Source: Chiloscyllium plagiosum (lineage: Eukaryota). Taken from it: a stretch of DNA of 46,313 nucleotides. The notes under the pieces were generated by a model. That model did no database searches. It was not told the DNA's origin and was given only the letters and a program-made list of their open reading frames with translations. Positions 12,151-24,603 of this stretch are shown here, one piece after another. Made by a program: the position numbers and the translations under genes. Position 1 is the stretch's first letter. Every line of letters begins with the position of its first letter. The DNA lies in the NCBI RefSeq assembly GCF_004010195.1, contig NC_057719.1, positions 36,943,417-36,989,729 on the forward strand, in the 5' to 3' direction.

Positions 12151-13739
12151 AAAAAGCCCGAATTTTAGTCAAATAGCAAATCGAGAGGAGTTTTGGGTTA
12201 GATGTGATCATCACTGGTTGTTAATAATAAAAAACACATTGTTAAATCAATTTATTTGTTATAATGATTACATTTCAAAGCTTAAATTGGAAGATTGTAA
12301 TACAATCTGTTTGAAGTCAAATATTTCATTTTTAAACTCTTCTAGCGGGAATGAAAATGTTATTTTTTAACATAACATCATTGTCTGAATGAATCTGCGT
12401 AAAATTGAGGCTATTTCTTGATTTGGTTTTATTGACTTGTGCGAACCTCAGTTTGATCATTAGATGTAGCATTCCAAATTAGTGAAACCAAAACTTCACC
12501 AAGATGGCCAGCGGTAAGGTTGTGGAAGAAGTGTTCTGCCCTTCTAGTGAAAGCAGATTATAATGAACTTTAATTTTTGAGTGAATCTTTTGAAAATTTT
12601 TGTTAATGAAATAAATATTTGCAAAATCTTGCAAGGACCACAATTAAGAACAGTTCTGTTTAGCATAAATAGTTTTAAGAGTTAATGTAATGTCATGATA
12701 TCTTTCTAATGTTTCTTATGGAAATAATATCATTTAGTGCTTGCTGTGTTTCTGTGATTTTTTTTGAAAATAATAAATGAAAATTAAATTTGAAATAAAA
12801 TTGGTTGAGCACAAATTGTGAAATTATTTGATTGTTTATTAAGTATGGAGTATACTCAAATGTGGGAAAAACTCTTGGGTATCAACTCTATTATCATTGC
12901 TCACAAACAACCAGGAACCTACTTCCATAATTTTAAAAGGAAGAGTCTAGTTTTTCCTCTGTTCTTACATAACCAAGCCTCTCTCTCTAAGTGAACACAC
13001 TCCTTTTTTGTCCTTTAGCATGTGTTGTTCTTTGTTTCAATGTTCAAATGGTGGTTGTTGTTTTACTTCCTTGATTTTGGTCTAAACCGGAAGTATTTCT
13101 TGAAACAAAGCTTTACCCTGCTGCCAGGTAGCATCGTTCTGGTTCCCAGTAGTTCACCATCATGTCAAAACAGGAATAAGCTAATTTTGTTTTAACAATT
13201 CAAGAAAACCTAAATGTTTACAACACCTTTGGATCATCTCAGACATATATCACTCCATTTGTTGGAAATTCAGCATCATGAAGTCACAAGTGTCCACAGC
13301 AGATCGGATGGTCAACTTCCTTCCCTAAAGAAATGGTGGGATTTGAATTTGTGACACTGGGCATTAGCCTGGGACTCTGGATTACTAGTCCAGTGACAAT
13401 ACCACTACTTTGATCCCAAAGCATCAACTCTTCCATAATTATAGGTTGACCCAAGTTGTTCTAGATTTTTGTTGATCTAAGGTCATTGGATCTTATGATT
13501 TTCCACACACCTTGCTTCACCTGATGCTCCCCTCTATTTATTCTGCTTGAGCTATTTGCGTCTGAGAAGCCAAAAGATTAAATTGATTTAAACAGTTAAA
13601 AAAGAGCATGTACATAACTAATTACATGCAGATTTAATTCCTAGCCTCACATTCCTTGATTCTCTATAAACTCTGCACATATCTCCTATGTATGTGCTCA
13701 AGCAGTTGGTAATTGTGGCTTTCGGTTCATGAAATTACT

Positions 13740-13975
13740 ACTTTTTTTAGCAATCAAACTGAGGAAGGCCACGGAATGACTGGTACAAAGAATTGAAGAA
13801 ATCCTCATGCTTGTATGTAAAGTCTCTACTGTTTCTATAATAAGATCATGAGGCATACTATCTTCAGTGACTAAAACGTCACCATTCTGGTACAGGCTTA
13901 TTTTCAGATGTCTGCTCATCATATTACAAGAAGGACATAATTACACTAGAGAGTGTACAGAGGAGATTTACAAAA
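13740..13975 (+). mobile_element. Decayed CR1 fragment
   Basis: Ends attacaagaaggacataattacactagagagtgtacagaggagatttacaa (YKKDIITLESVQRRFT). Confidence 0.55.
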
Positions 13976-14069
13976 GTCCAACAAACGTTTTGGTCAGTGC
14001 ATCTGAATGAAAATAAATTCCTTAGTTCACTGAGTTTACCAAAGTCCTTATCATTAAAGAAAATTAAAA

Positions 14070-14702
14070 TACATGATGTTTACAAACTCAGGATATTCCA
14101 AAATGTTTTGCAGCCAATGAAGTGCTTTTGTAATGTCATCAGTATTTAATAGAGAAAGAAGGGACCTGATGCATATATGGTAGTTTCCCTATTTCTGGAT
14201 TCAAGTCCCACCTGCACTCTAGTTACGTCTGAACATGTTGATTCACCTTTTCATTTAATAGGAGAATGTGGCAGCCAAACTGCACACAAACAGTAGTGAT
14301 AAATGACCATAATCTGTCTTCCTGGTATTAGTTAAGGCAGAAATATTTCTTAGGGCACTTGTAGAACTCCTTCCTCCTTCAGGCAGTGTTAAGGTCGGCC
14401 ATGGTTGTATCTCTAACTCTAAGCTAGCAGACCTGGGTTCAATCCACCTGCCACAGCTAAACATCTCTAAACAAGCTGATCAGGGAAAGAAAAAGAGTAT
14501 CTTAAGGATCTTTACATCCACCTGAGAGGATGATCAGGCATTGGCTTAACATGACATCTGTAAGATGGCATCTCTGACAGTACAGTCATCTGTCAGAATA
14601 TGGCATTCAGATGTCAGTCTAGATCATATGCTCAAGGCCCCAGAGTGAGCTTTTAGCCCACAACTTTCTAATTCAGTGACAAGAATATTAGTACTGAGCC
14701 AT
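14070..14702 (-). mobile_element. Deu-domain SINE (SacSINE1-like), decayed, with internal insertions
   Basis: ggatctttacatccacctgagagg...tgtcagtctagat...tgctcaag...cccacaac...ctgagcca is the reverse of a tRNA head plus Deu core. Homologous to 35655-36080. Confidence 0.6.
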
Positions 14703-14889
14703 GTAGTTTATGCTGTCACTTTAATTATAATCCAGACTGAGTGTCAGTACGCCATTTTATTTTGGTGCAAAGGAGCCAGGGAAATGGGATCTGGTGGTAG
14801 GTGGGTAAGTTGTTGAAGGATATGTGCTCAGTGCTTTCTATACAATCATCATGGCACATTTACAAAGTCACAGCTATGGCTGATCAGTT

Positions 14890-14985
14890 GTTGTTCAGAT
14901 CTGCCAGACCTGTTGAGTTTCTTCAGCACTTCCTGTAATTGGTTTGCTTCAAATTTCCATTATCGACAGTTCTTTGTTTTATCTT
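14890..14985 (+). mobile_element. Penelope-like LTR tail relic
   Basis: ctgccagacctgttgagtttcttcagcacttc; similar relic at ~34590-34680. Confidence 0.5.
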
Positions 14986-17829
14986 AGTATTTGAATTTAC
15001 AGCATTGACTAACTTTCCACTCTTTATGGCCCTGAATGGTCTGAATAGCCCTATCACTGTTCTGAGATTAGCTTGTAATATAGGCTAGGATGGCAATTGG
15101 AGCCTGTGGTTGATTTCACTCAACTCCATGCTGTTAAGAGATTTGGAAATCTGTACATTACTTCAAACAAATACATTTATTTACAAATAGTGCTCATCGT
15201 ACAATGTCATAAGTAACAATGACTCAATCCTTTTTATGCTGTCAATATTCAGGGAACACAGGTTTCATGCAAATAAATTCTTTTATTTATAGCTAAGTAG
15301 TTCCTATTTGCCTCCAATAAACCTGCGAGGTATTCATGTCGACAACAGAAAAACAAAGTGCAAAACAAAACAAAGCCAAGTGCTTGTTGCCTAGAGATGA
15401 GATTTAGTTACATGACCCCCAAAATAATAGGCTGGACACTTCTACACTATGTTACTGCACACAATGGGAGACACCAAACTTTAATGATGGCTATAAATAT
15501 CAAAACTATAAGGTTCCCGACAAATTGTAGAGATAAGAACAAAATAAACACCTTTAATTGTACTGTATCAAAGTTCATTAAAATCTTCTTTACATCACTA
15601 TACAATATGACACAGATGAATATCCGAAAACAAATAGTGTGTGCCAGGTGTCACTTGCTTCATATGTCAGCTGATCCCCTGTTACCTAGAGAAGGAATAG
15701 AACCGCAGAGAAGCATCTGAGTCATAATCAACATCAATGTTAGCAACATCTAAAGATCGTTACTTTATTCAAAATGTAGCCACCATTAGAAGTCCTTTTG
15801 TCTAGAACTGGTAACTGAATTTTGTATGTTCCTGGGCTTATTTGGCTGAGGTTTTCTGGAATAATCTGTTGTCTTCAGTCACTGCAAATGCAAAATGTGT
15901 ATATGGATTATTAATACAGTGCAAAAAAAGGAGGATTTGCATTTATAAAGTGCTCTTTGGACCTCAGTGCACCCCAAAATTGTTTACAATCAAGGAAGTA
16001 CAACCAAAGTATAACCAATGTTGTATTGTGGAAAATGTGACAATTAATTTGCTCATAGGAAGCTCCTACAAAGAAGAATAGTAATAAGAAATACAAATAA
16101 TAACCCAGTAATGTTTCTGTGATGTTTGGGTTAGTACTCTGAGATCTTCTGTGTCAAAAAAGCCTCTTCAGTGTGAAATTATGCTATCCTGTTGTTCAGA
16201 GACCCCATTGTAAATAATTGTACAAATATGTGCACATATATTATTTACTGATATGCCTGCTCTTAATTTAGAAACTTGTTAACTTAAAAATGACTCTGCA
16301 ATAAGTTCATAAAATGTTAAGGTCATATCACAGGACACTGAAACACTTAAAAATATTTTTAATCAACCTATTCATACACCCCTTGAGTGGATGAAACTTG
16401 CTCAAAGGTAGGGGCACTACTATTGTGCCACAAATCTTGCCATTTAACAGCTCAGGAGTTGCATGTTATATAAGTTAAAATCTGAATGATATGAAAGAGT
16501 TGCCTTACTATTTGTTGCTAACGCACGCTGAAGTCAGATTTCCATTTTTACATCTGTGCAGCAAGTGATGTGGAAGTTACAGTAAGAAAATAACTTCAGT
16601 AAAGCACTGAAACAGACATCATTAGTAATTAAATGAGATACCATTGATGAAACATTTCTTCAAAACATCAACTTCCTATATGTAACTTATTTAAAAATTG
16701 ACTAATGGTTCAAAATATGTGTTTACTCCATGTGTACAGTTTTCTTTGACAACCACTGTTACCATTATCGACATAAGTGACCATTCCCATGTGTGCAGCT
16801 CAAGGTAATGAACCAGAATTGAAGGCAGCAGCTGTTGTTTTTGTGGTTCTAGCTTCTGAAGCTTGTGTCTATTACCCTAGAAACAAAAAATGAAGCTGTT
16901 CTTATTATCAATAAATAGTCTTCTACTAGCCTGCATCAATTACTGTCAAGGTATATGAGAAGGTAGGAGATACAGGCTTAATATGAGCACTCTTGGGAAA
17001 ATGAGGCTTTAGTTTGAAAGTCTGAGTTTGGAATATTTCAGAATTGATTGGAATTGATTGAAAGTAAGTTTTCGGTGTTATCTGCAATTGCTGAATGCCA
17101 GATCTTCATACATTAATGTACATGCTGCAATAGACCTTCCAGCACAATGAAACTGATTCAAAATGCATAGATCATGGAACTGTACAGAAGATTCTAGTAT
17201 TCATGTCATATTTAAATCCCAGCTGTACACCAATTCAAATACAACAAGCCTGAAATTGCCCTTCACAGTGTGACACTGCACAATTCCAAAGGAGATGGTG
17301 CACAGAGGCAAATTGGCAGCCTGCTTTGCTGACAGGCACCTGGAGGTAATAGTGGATGCAATGTTGGAGAGGAGGGTCATCTTCTTTTCCTAAGTCCACC
17401 AGAGGAGACCATGACACCAGAACTTGCCTCATAATATCTGATATCAGAGGAAAGTACAACAATGCTGCAAAGTCAACAACCTTCTGTGTAAGGGTAAGTG
17501 TCACGATCTCTTCTGTGCTTGCTCATAATCGAACTCTACCTGCACACCCACCTCCCCCCAAGGCACATGGTCAACACTCACTATTGTATGCAGCCTCTTC
17601 CCTCAACTGCTTTCACATCCCATCCTCCCAAACTACCAACCGTTCCTACCCTCTGTACTCCTTATTGATTCACTTGGGATAGCTCAGCACCTTTCTTGCT
17701 CCTCTATCAACACCAAGAGCTCGTCCAACCATGTTCATGTCACTGAATTCCCCCTAAGGCAGTGGAAAATGGAATACTCCAAAAAAGAGGGCCATGGAAA
17801 TTCTCTATGTGGGATTTAGAGGGATTATT

Positions 17830-18181
17830 AGAACTATTAGAATCCCTACAGTGTGGAAACAGGCTCTTCGGTCCAACAAATCCACACCAACTCTCTGAAG
17901 AGTATCCCACCCAGACCCATTTCCCTACCCTATTACTCTACATTTCCCCTGCTTAATACACCTAACCTTCACATCCCTGAACACTATGGGCAATTTAGCT
18001 TGGCCAATTCACCTAATCTGCACATCTTTGGATTGTGGGAGGAAACCAGAACACCTGGAGTAAACCACACAGACACGGGGAGAATGTGCAAATTCCACGT
18101 AGACAGTTGCCTGAGGCAGGAATCAAACCCAGGTCCCTGGTGCTGTGAGGCTGTAGGGCTAACCACTGAGCCACCGCGCCA
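17830..18181 (-). mobile_element. HE1-type SINE (older subfamily)
   Basis: Clear homology to 5988-6301 (ggcaatttagc..ggccaattcaccta...gtgctgtgagg...aaccactgagccaccg). Confidence 0.85.
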
Positions 18182-18457
18182 CCAATATTCCGATGAATGC
18201 AATACAAGCCAGGTCACACGAATACAGTGGGAGATTGTAAGTGCTTTATGACTACTGATAGCTTCTCATCCCGGCCCAAATCATTCAAGAAAGGTACCAT
18301 TAAATGTAAGAACATGTACACAAATACTTATAATTTAAGGTGAGAGGAAATCAGTTCCATGCCTTTGTGTAGCCTATGAAGCCTCAGATTATTTTTGTGA
18401 ACTGTGACACATTTAAAGTCTGCTTCTGCTTCTCAGAGATGACTATTGTCAATCTGT

Positions 18458-18611
18458 TAGGAGAAAGTGAGGACTGCAGACACTGGAGGTCAGAGTCAAA
18501 AAGTGTGGTGCTTGAAAAGCACAGCCTGATGAAGAGCTAATGTAGGAAACGTTGATTCTCCTCTCCTGAGATGCTGCCTGACCGGCCGTGCTTTACCAGC
18601 ACCACAATTTT
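18458..18611. mobile_element. Short fold-back Penelope-derived element, 18-bp TSD, degenerate hammerhead
   Basis: TSD tgactattgtcaatctgt (18440-18457) / tgactatggtcaatctgt (18612-18629). Inverted gtcaaaaagtgtggtgct / agcaccacaatttttgac. cctgatgaagagctaatgtaggaaacgtt has a broken stem II. Confidence 0.75.
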
Positions 18612-20689
18612 TGACTATGGTCAATCTGTAATGACCAATGACATGGTCAAGATTATTACTGACCAGGTTTTGTATCCCACACAGTTGGACACTCATGCAG
18701 GTGGCTATGATCATAGATGTCTTCAACCTGCACTATGAAAAGTACCTGATTAATGCAATTACTCCTTGAGGTATCTCTTATTGTTCACAAGTAAAGCCCA
18801 AAAGCTCAGATGGAAAAAAACAGTGACCTTTCCCACCCAGGCGTGGTCACAGCCATTTTCCTTTTGCAGTATGTATTTACGAGTCACATGGAAGGCAATG
18901 CAGGTTACACTTGGCCGAGTAAGTCTTAGGCTCAGCTTGGTAGTCTAGGGCCCTCCCTGAACCTTTATGTTCATTCCTTCCTGCACCCCCTATTGAGTCC
19001 TGGGGTCCCAAATGTTCTTACACAACTTTTATGACTTTGACTTACAACTTCATCTCCCAACATCATTCCCTGATTCCCAGCCCTACAGTTTAGTCACACC
19101 AACCACCATAGGCGCTGTCCTCCTGTTGAGGCCAAGGTGGTGATTATCATCAAAGAGCCTCCCCCATCCTGCAGTAACTCATGTCATTTAACACACTGTT
19201 GTCTCCACTACTGCTTACATGTTGAAAGCTCTCCTTCACAATTATTGCATCCCAGCACTGAGTGTCCAATTCCCAGAATTGAGTTCCCTACTTCCCTGCC
19301 AAAGCCCGTGGATTCTGATAACCAACACTCCCTCGACTTTCAATGAGCAGACCCCCAGGACTGACTTTGTCACACCCTCTTGACTGATTTGGAAATACAC
19401 AGCTGACTGATGATGGACCAGACCCTTGATTGAATTTTGTGCAGTTTCCTCACTGACTTACCACTACTCTCAGACTGAATGCATTATGGCTACAGAAATA
19501 ACTGTGGCCCTGCACTGTAGTAAATCAGACCCCTTGCCCCTGACCATTCCAAGTGGCCAACTGACCGTGCCCAAGCCCCTGGATATTGTGAACTACCATT
19601 GTCTGGCTGTGCTGGGACACCCTGACTGAAAGTTGTCTTCCTTATATGTCACTGAAGACAAATCCCCTTAGACATGGCCATTTACTTGAAGCACAGGCCA
19701 TATGTTTGCCTCATATACTATTATTACATAGTGGAAGTAGGAGATTGATGTAGTAAGATGCCACTCAGCAGCTGTTAATGACCATGACAAAATGCCTGGC
19801 TCTGTGCATCTTCAAAAAGACAAACCAAAACAGAAGTGCTTTGAGTGTTTAAGCTCTGTTTGAGGGGCCAAAGTGAAATAAAGCCAGGCAGAGGTGCCAC
19901 GAGCATTCAAACGAGTGCAAAGTCAGTGACTGCTCAGGGGGCAAGCAGGGAGCCTGAGATGCAAACTGGTGGGATCCATGAGATGGATGTCAGTCCCTAC
20001 ATGCAAGGTGTCCTGGCAGCAGCATTCCAATTGATAGTGTCATGCTCCAAAAATGCAGCATTGAGGTGTAGAATCTTCTTGTCAATAGATTGGAGCTGCA
20101 CCATGAGAGTGTGAAGAGACTGGTATATGTCTGACACCAATGTTTGTGGACAGGATGAGTGTGGTCACAGCCCATGGAACATGCTCTGACATGTTGGTGA
20201 CAGAAGACTGGAGGAGCAAGCAGTGAGTTGGAGTCACCAGGTGTCAGCTCTGACTTCCATGTTGCTGCCCATTTTCTATCCAATGAATGGTAATACAGAA
20301 AATACATAAAAATGAGATGATATTAGCTAAAATTGAGATGCTAATGCATGCAAATAGATGCAAATGAGGGTGTCAATGCTCACAATTGAAATTCTTATCT
20401 TGCCATTCAATACCTGGTTTTAGAATGAGACTTCTTGATGTTGAGAATTTCCTTACTGCCTAACTCTCACAGTTTTCTCAACTTTCTTACCAATACCTAT
20501 GTTGGTCAAGGCCGTTGGTCAAGGCCTGGGAAAATTCTGTTCATGGGAAGAACTCAACAATAACTTGGATTTATATAATGCTTTAACATAGTAAACATCT
20601 TAAAGTATTTCACAAAAGTGTTACCAGACAAAATTTGAAGCTGAGGCACAAAAGGAGATAACATCTTAAAGTACTTCACAAAAGGTAGG

Positions 20690-22020
20690 TAGCTGGAGTG
20701 GATGAATTCTATCTAAAGTTGTTAAAAGAAGCCTGGGAGGAATTAATGGATGCTCTGAGAATCATTTTCCAATCTGCACTAGATGCAGGTGAGCTATTGG
20801 AAGTCTGCAAATATTATATCATTATTCTAACATCATGAGAGAGGTAGGCCAAATAATTATTGGCCAGTTAGTCTAACCTTGGTGGTTGCCAAATTACTAG
20901 AATTGGTACTGAGGCACAGCATGAACTGTTATTTGGTGGCATGGATTAATCAGCATGGTCTTGTTAAAGGAAATATGTGTCTTACTGACATAATCATTTG
21001 AGGAAGTAACAAAGAGAATTGATGATGGTGGTAAAATGGATGTTGTCCACGTGGATGGTAGTAAAGTATGACAATGGTCCATATGGTAGACTGGCCAGAA
21101 GCAACAAAGCCTGTAGTATTCAAACAAACATGGTGAGCTGGATCAAACATTAGTTCAGTAACACCAAACAAAGTGTAATGGTTAATGGATATCTTTGCAA
21201 ACAGAAATTTGTTTCCAATGATGATCCACAGGGCTTGCTGTTTATGGAAAATATTAACAACCTAAATGTGGGAGACATAATTGGGAAATTTGTAGTTGGC
21301 ACAAAAATTGGCTGTCTGGTTGATGGTGAAGAGAATGGTTATTGACTGGAAGATGGTATCAGTGGTTGGGATGAGTGAATGGAAAAGTGGTAAATGGAAT
21401 TTAATCCAGAGGCATGTGCGATTATGTATTTAGGAAGGGAAACAAAGCAAAGAGTATACATAATATTCAGGAAGGGATAAGAAAGTGAGACACACTGGGT
21501 TGCATGGCCTCAGATCCCAGCAGGCACGTTGCTAAGGTGCGAGACTTTATAAGACTCTGGTTAGGCTACAGCTGGTTAGTGTGTACAAAATCTGGTCACC
21601 ACATTACAGGAAAGAGAAATTGCTTCAGAACGTAAACAGAAGAGATTTACAATTGGGTTGATTGAGCTTCAAAATTGCAAATACATCAAACAATTTGGAT
21701 GGGATAGGGTCATTTTCCTTTGAACAGAAGAGGCTGAGGACTGGATTAATTGAGAGGCTTGGACAGAGTGGTCAGAGAAGAACTGGTTGCCCCAGCGTAG
21801 AGGCCAATTGTCAGGGGACACATGTTTAAGGTGTCTGGTAGGATTAGAGAGGACATGATGAAAATATTTTCACCCAGAGGATGGTAGGTGTTTTGAATTC
21901 ACTGTCCAGTTTTGATGATTGAAGTAGGAATCCTAAAATGATTTAAGAGGAACCTGGATCTACACTTGAAACACTGAAACCTGAGGCTACTGCAGACACA
22001 GAGGACTAAATGGCTCTTGC
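20690..22020 (+). mobile_element. Decayed CR1 LINE (RT to 3' end)
   Basis: Remnants of G.DEFY.KLLKE, NY.PVSLT.VV.KLLE, QHG.VKG..CLT and NIFTQR, plus tail gttctatgattct. Confidence 0.75.
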
Positions 22021-22504
22021 TGAATGTTCTATGATTCTAACACGTACATTAGATGGATTTTCACTAAAACTTTGCATGGACCAAGGACACAATGACAAAG
22101 TTAGCCTTTTTTGTTCAGCCCCACTTGCATGCCCCAGTCTGTGTTGCCGACATCAGTTAGTGTGCATGAATCACCTGGCAGGGTTGTAGACTTGGTTAGG
22201 CTTCACCCCTTACACTGTAAACATTTGTGGTTATGAAGGAAGCAAGTAACTGAGGACCTTCATACTCACCAGAGCTTGGAGGAAGAAATCCTATCTGCTG
22301 TACGCACCTCATTTATATAGTCAGGGCTGTGAACACACGGTCCCTGAATTTGCCAAACAAGACAATAATTGCGACCTCCAGGAAAGGGAAAAATCATATC
22401 CAGCTCATTTCACAACACAGTACAATAATTTAATTGCACACAGCAAAGTCACTCTTGTGACTATTCCTGATTTTAATTCATTCACCTTCTGGCAGTCATA
22501 ATTC

Positions 22505-22830
22505 TTTTATTCATTCACAGGACGTGGGTGTTGTTGCCTGGGCCAGCATTTAGTGCCCAGCCCTAATTGTTCAAAGGACAGTTAAGTGTCAATCCATTAC
22601 TGTGGTCTGAAGTCACATGTAAGCCAGACCAGGTAATGACAAGAGTTTCCTTCCCTAATGGATATTAGTGAGCCAGATGAGGGTTTTTTCCCCAACAATC
22701 AGCATCAGTTTCATGATCATCATTAGACTCTTTTTCCAGATTTTTATTGAATTCAAATTCCACCATTGCAGGATTCGAACCCAGGTCCCCAGAGCATTAC
22801 CTGTTTTTCAGGATTAATAGTCTACTGATA
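22505..22830 (-). mobile_element. tRNA-headed SINE with L2/CR1-group tail
   Basis: ggattcgaacccagg (reverse B box) and gccagcatttagtgccc (reverse tail). Confidence 0.7.
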
Positions 22831-23139
22831 TGCTTCTAATGGCCTTAAACTCTGGAATTCTCTTGCTATGCTTCCAATTTTTCAACATCTCTCTCCTCCT
22901 TTATGCATTTATTAACAGATACATCTTTGATCTAGTTCATTTAATATCTCCTTCTGCACCTTCATATTTGGTAATGTTCATATCTACTATTTTGGGATGT
23001 TTTACTATATGTGTCCTGGAAATGCAAGAAGTTTTTATTGCTCTTGAACTCTCAGTTCCTCATATTCATAACGTTTGATTATAAAAATAATTCTGTATTA
23101 TAATTTATTGGAATATGTTATTTTTGAGAACAACATGAC

Positions 23140-23742
23140 ATATAATCTTGAACTGGACTAGCCATATAAATGATGGCCTCAAGAATGGGGTCAGAGGCTG
23201 GGAATCCTGCAGCAAGTAACTCACTTCCTGGCTCTTCAAAGCCTCTCTATCATCTATAAGCACAAGCTGGGAGTGTGATGGAATACTCCTCACTTGTCTA
23301 GATGAGTTCATGTCAAACAATATTCAAGAAGCTTCACACTACCCAAGAATAAGCAGCTTGATGGATTGGCACCCCACCCACAAAAGTTCACTCTCTTCAT
23401 TACCAATGGTCTGTAGTATCAGGGTGTTCTATTTACAAAAGGCACTACAGAAATTCACCAAGGCTCCTTACATAGCACCTTTCAAATACACAATCACTAC
23501 CTCTAGAAGGACCAGGTTAGTGTGTACTAGTCACCACCCTGACTTGGAAATATATCGCTGTTCCTTCAGTGTTCTTGGGTCAAGATCCAGAAACTCCCTA
23601 ATGCATTGTGAGTGTACTTACATCAAAAGGAATGCACGAGTTCCAGAACACAACCCATCACCACCTTCCCAAGAGCAACTAGGGATCGGCAATAAATGCT
23701 GGCATAGGCAGTGCCACCCACGTCTCATAAATGAATAAGAAA
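23140..23742 (+). mobile_element. L2/CR1-group LINE 3' fragment
   Basis: Homologous to 7390-8005. Ends ggcaataaatgctggc...aatgaataagaaa. Confidence 0.7.
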
Positions 23743-23759
23743 ATGACAGTCAACAGTTA

Positions 23760-24240
23760 TAGTCATCAAGTCATAGAGATGTACACCTTCGGTCCAACTC
23801 ATTCATGCTGACCAGATATCCCAACCCATCTAGTCCCATCTGCCAGCACCCGACCCATATCCCTCCAAATCCTTCATATTCATATACCCATCCAGACGCC
23901 TTTTAAATGTTGGAATTGTACCAGCCTCCTCTGGCAGCTCATTCCATACATGCACCACCCTCTGTGTGAAAAAGTTGCCTCTTAGGTATCTTTTATATCT
24001 TTCCCCACTCACCCTAAAACTATGCCCTCTAGTTCTGGACTCCCTCCCCTGCCCCCAGGGGAAAGACTTTGTCTATTTACCCTATCCATGCCCCTCATGA
24101 TTTTATAAACCTCAATAAGGTCACCCCTCAGCCTCCAACGCTCCGGGGAAAACAGCCCCAGCCTATTCAACCTCTCTGTGTAGCTCAAATCCTCCAACCC
24201 TGGCAACACCCTTGTAAATCTTTTCTGAACCCTTTCAAGT
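23760..24240 (-). mobile_element. CR1 (HER1-like) 3' fragment
   Basis: MLPGLEDLSYTERLNRLGLFSPERWRLRGDLIEVYKIMRG and LRGNFFTQRVVHVWNELPEE. Confidence 0.9.
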
Positions 24241-24603
24241 TAGTAATAGAATCAGAATTAAATGATACATTTTCATATTTCATGCTATTAGATTTGATTA
24301 AGATATGGTATTGATGTACTTTGAGACTGTGATTCTCAAACAGGGGTCTGAAAGACTTTCCGGGGGGTCTGTGAATTAATGTAAAAATAACAAGGAAGCA
24401 GTTTTGCTACAAGCTGGAGATAGGAGCCAGCTACAGCAATCATCTTTACCAAGTATAAAGAGACTTGCAGTGAGAACTCTCTCTGACATCTATATGTTAG
24501 TAAAGATACCTGGTTTCTCATGAACATTACCAAAACATCTTTTACATATGGCATCTTCACATTAGGAACATTATAATTTAGATGGAAGGTATGTGATTAC
24601 CAA

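Larger units (their letters stand above)
17240..20540 (+). mobile_element. Decayed PIF/Harbinger-type DNA transposon (Myb/SANT-like gene relic), interrupted by a SINE and a Penelope element
   Basis: From ATG 17295: MVHRGKLAACFADRHLEVIVDAMLERRVIFFS*, then RKVQQCCKVNNLL followed by gtaagt. This resembles the Harbinger Myb/SANT (trihelix) protein N-terminus. Terminal-like gggaaaattctg at ~20528-20540. Boundaries uncertain. Confidence 0.55.

Noticed and set aside
24325..24400. hAT-like terminus (gtgattctcaaac..ggggtc)
   Set aside because: No matching second TIR or TSD found.
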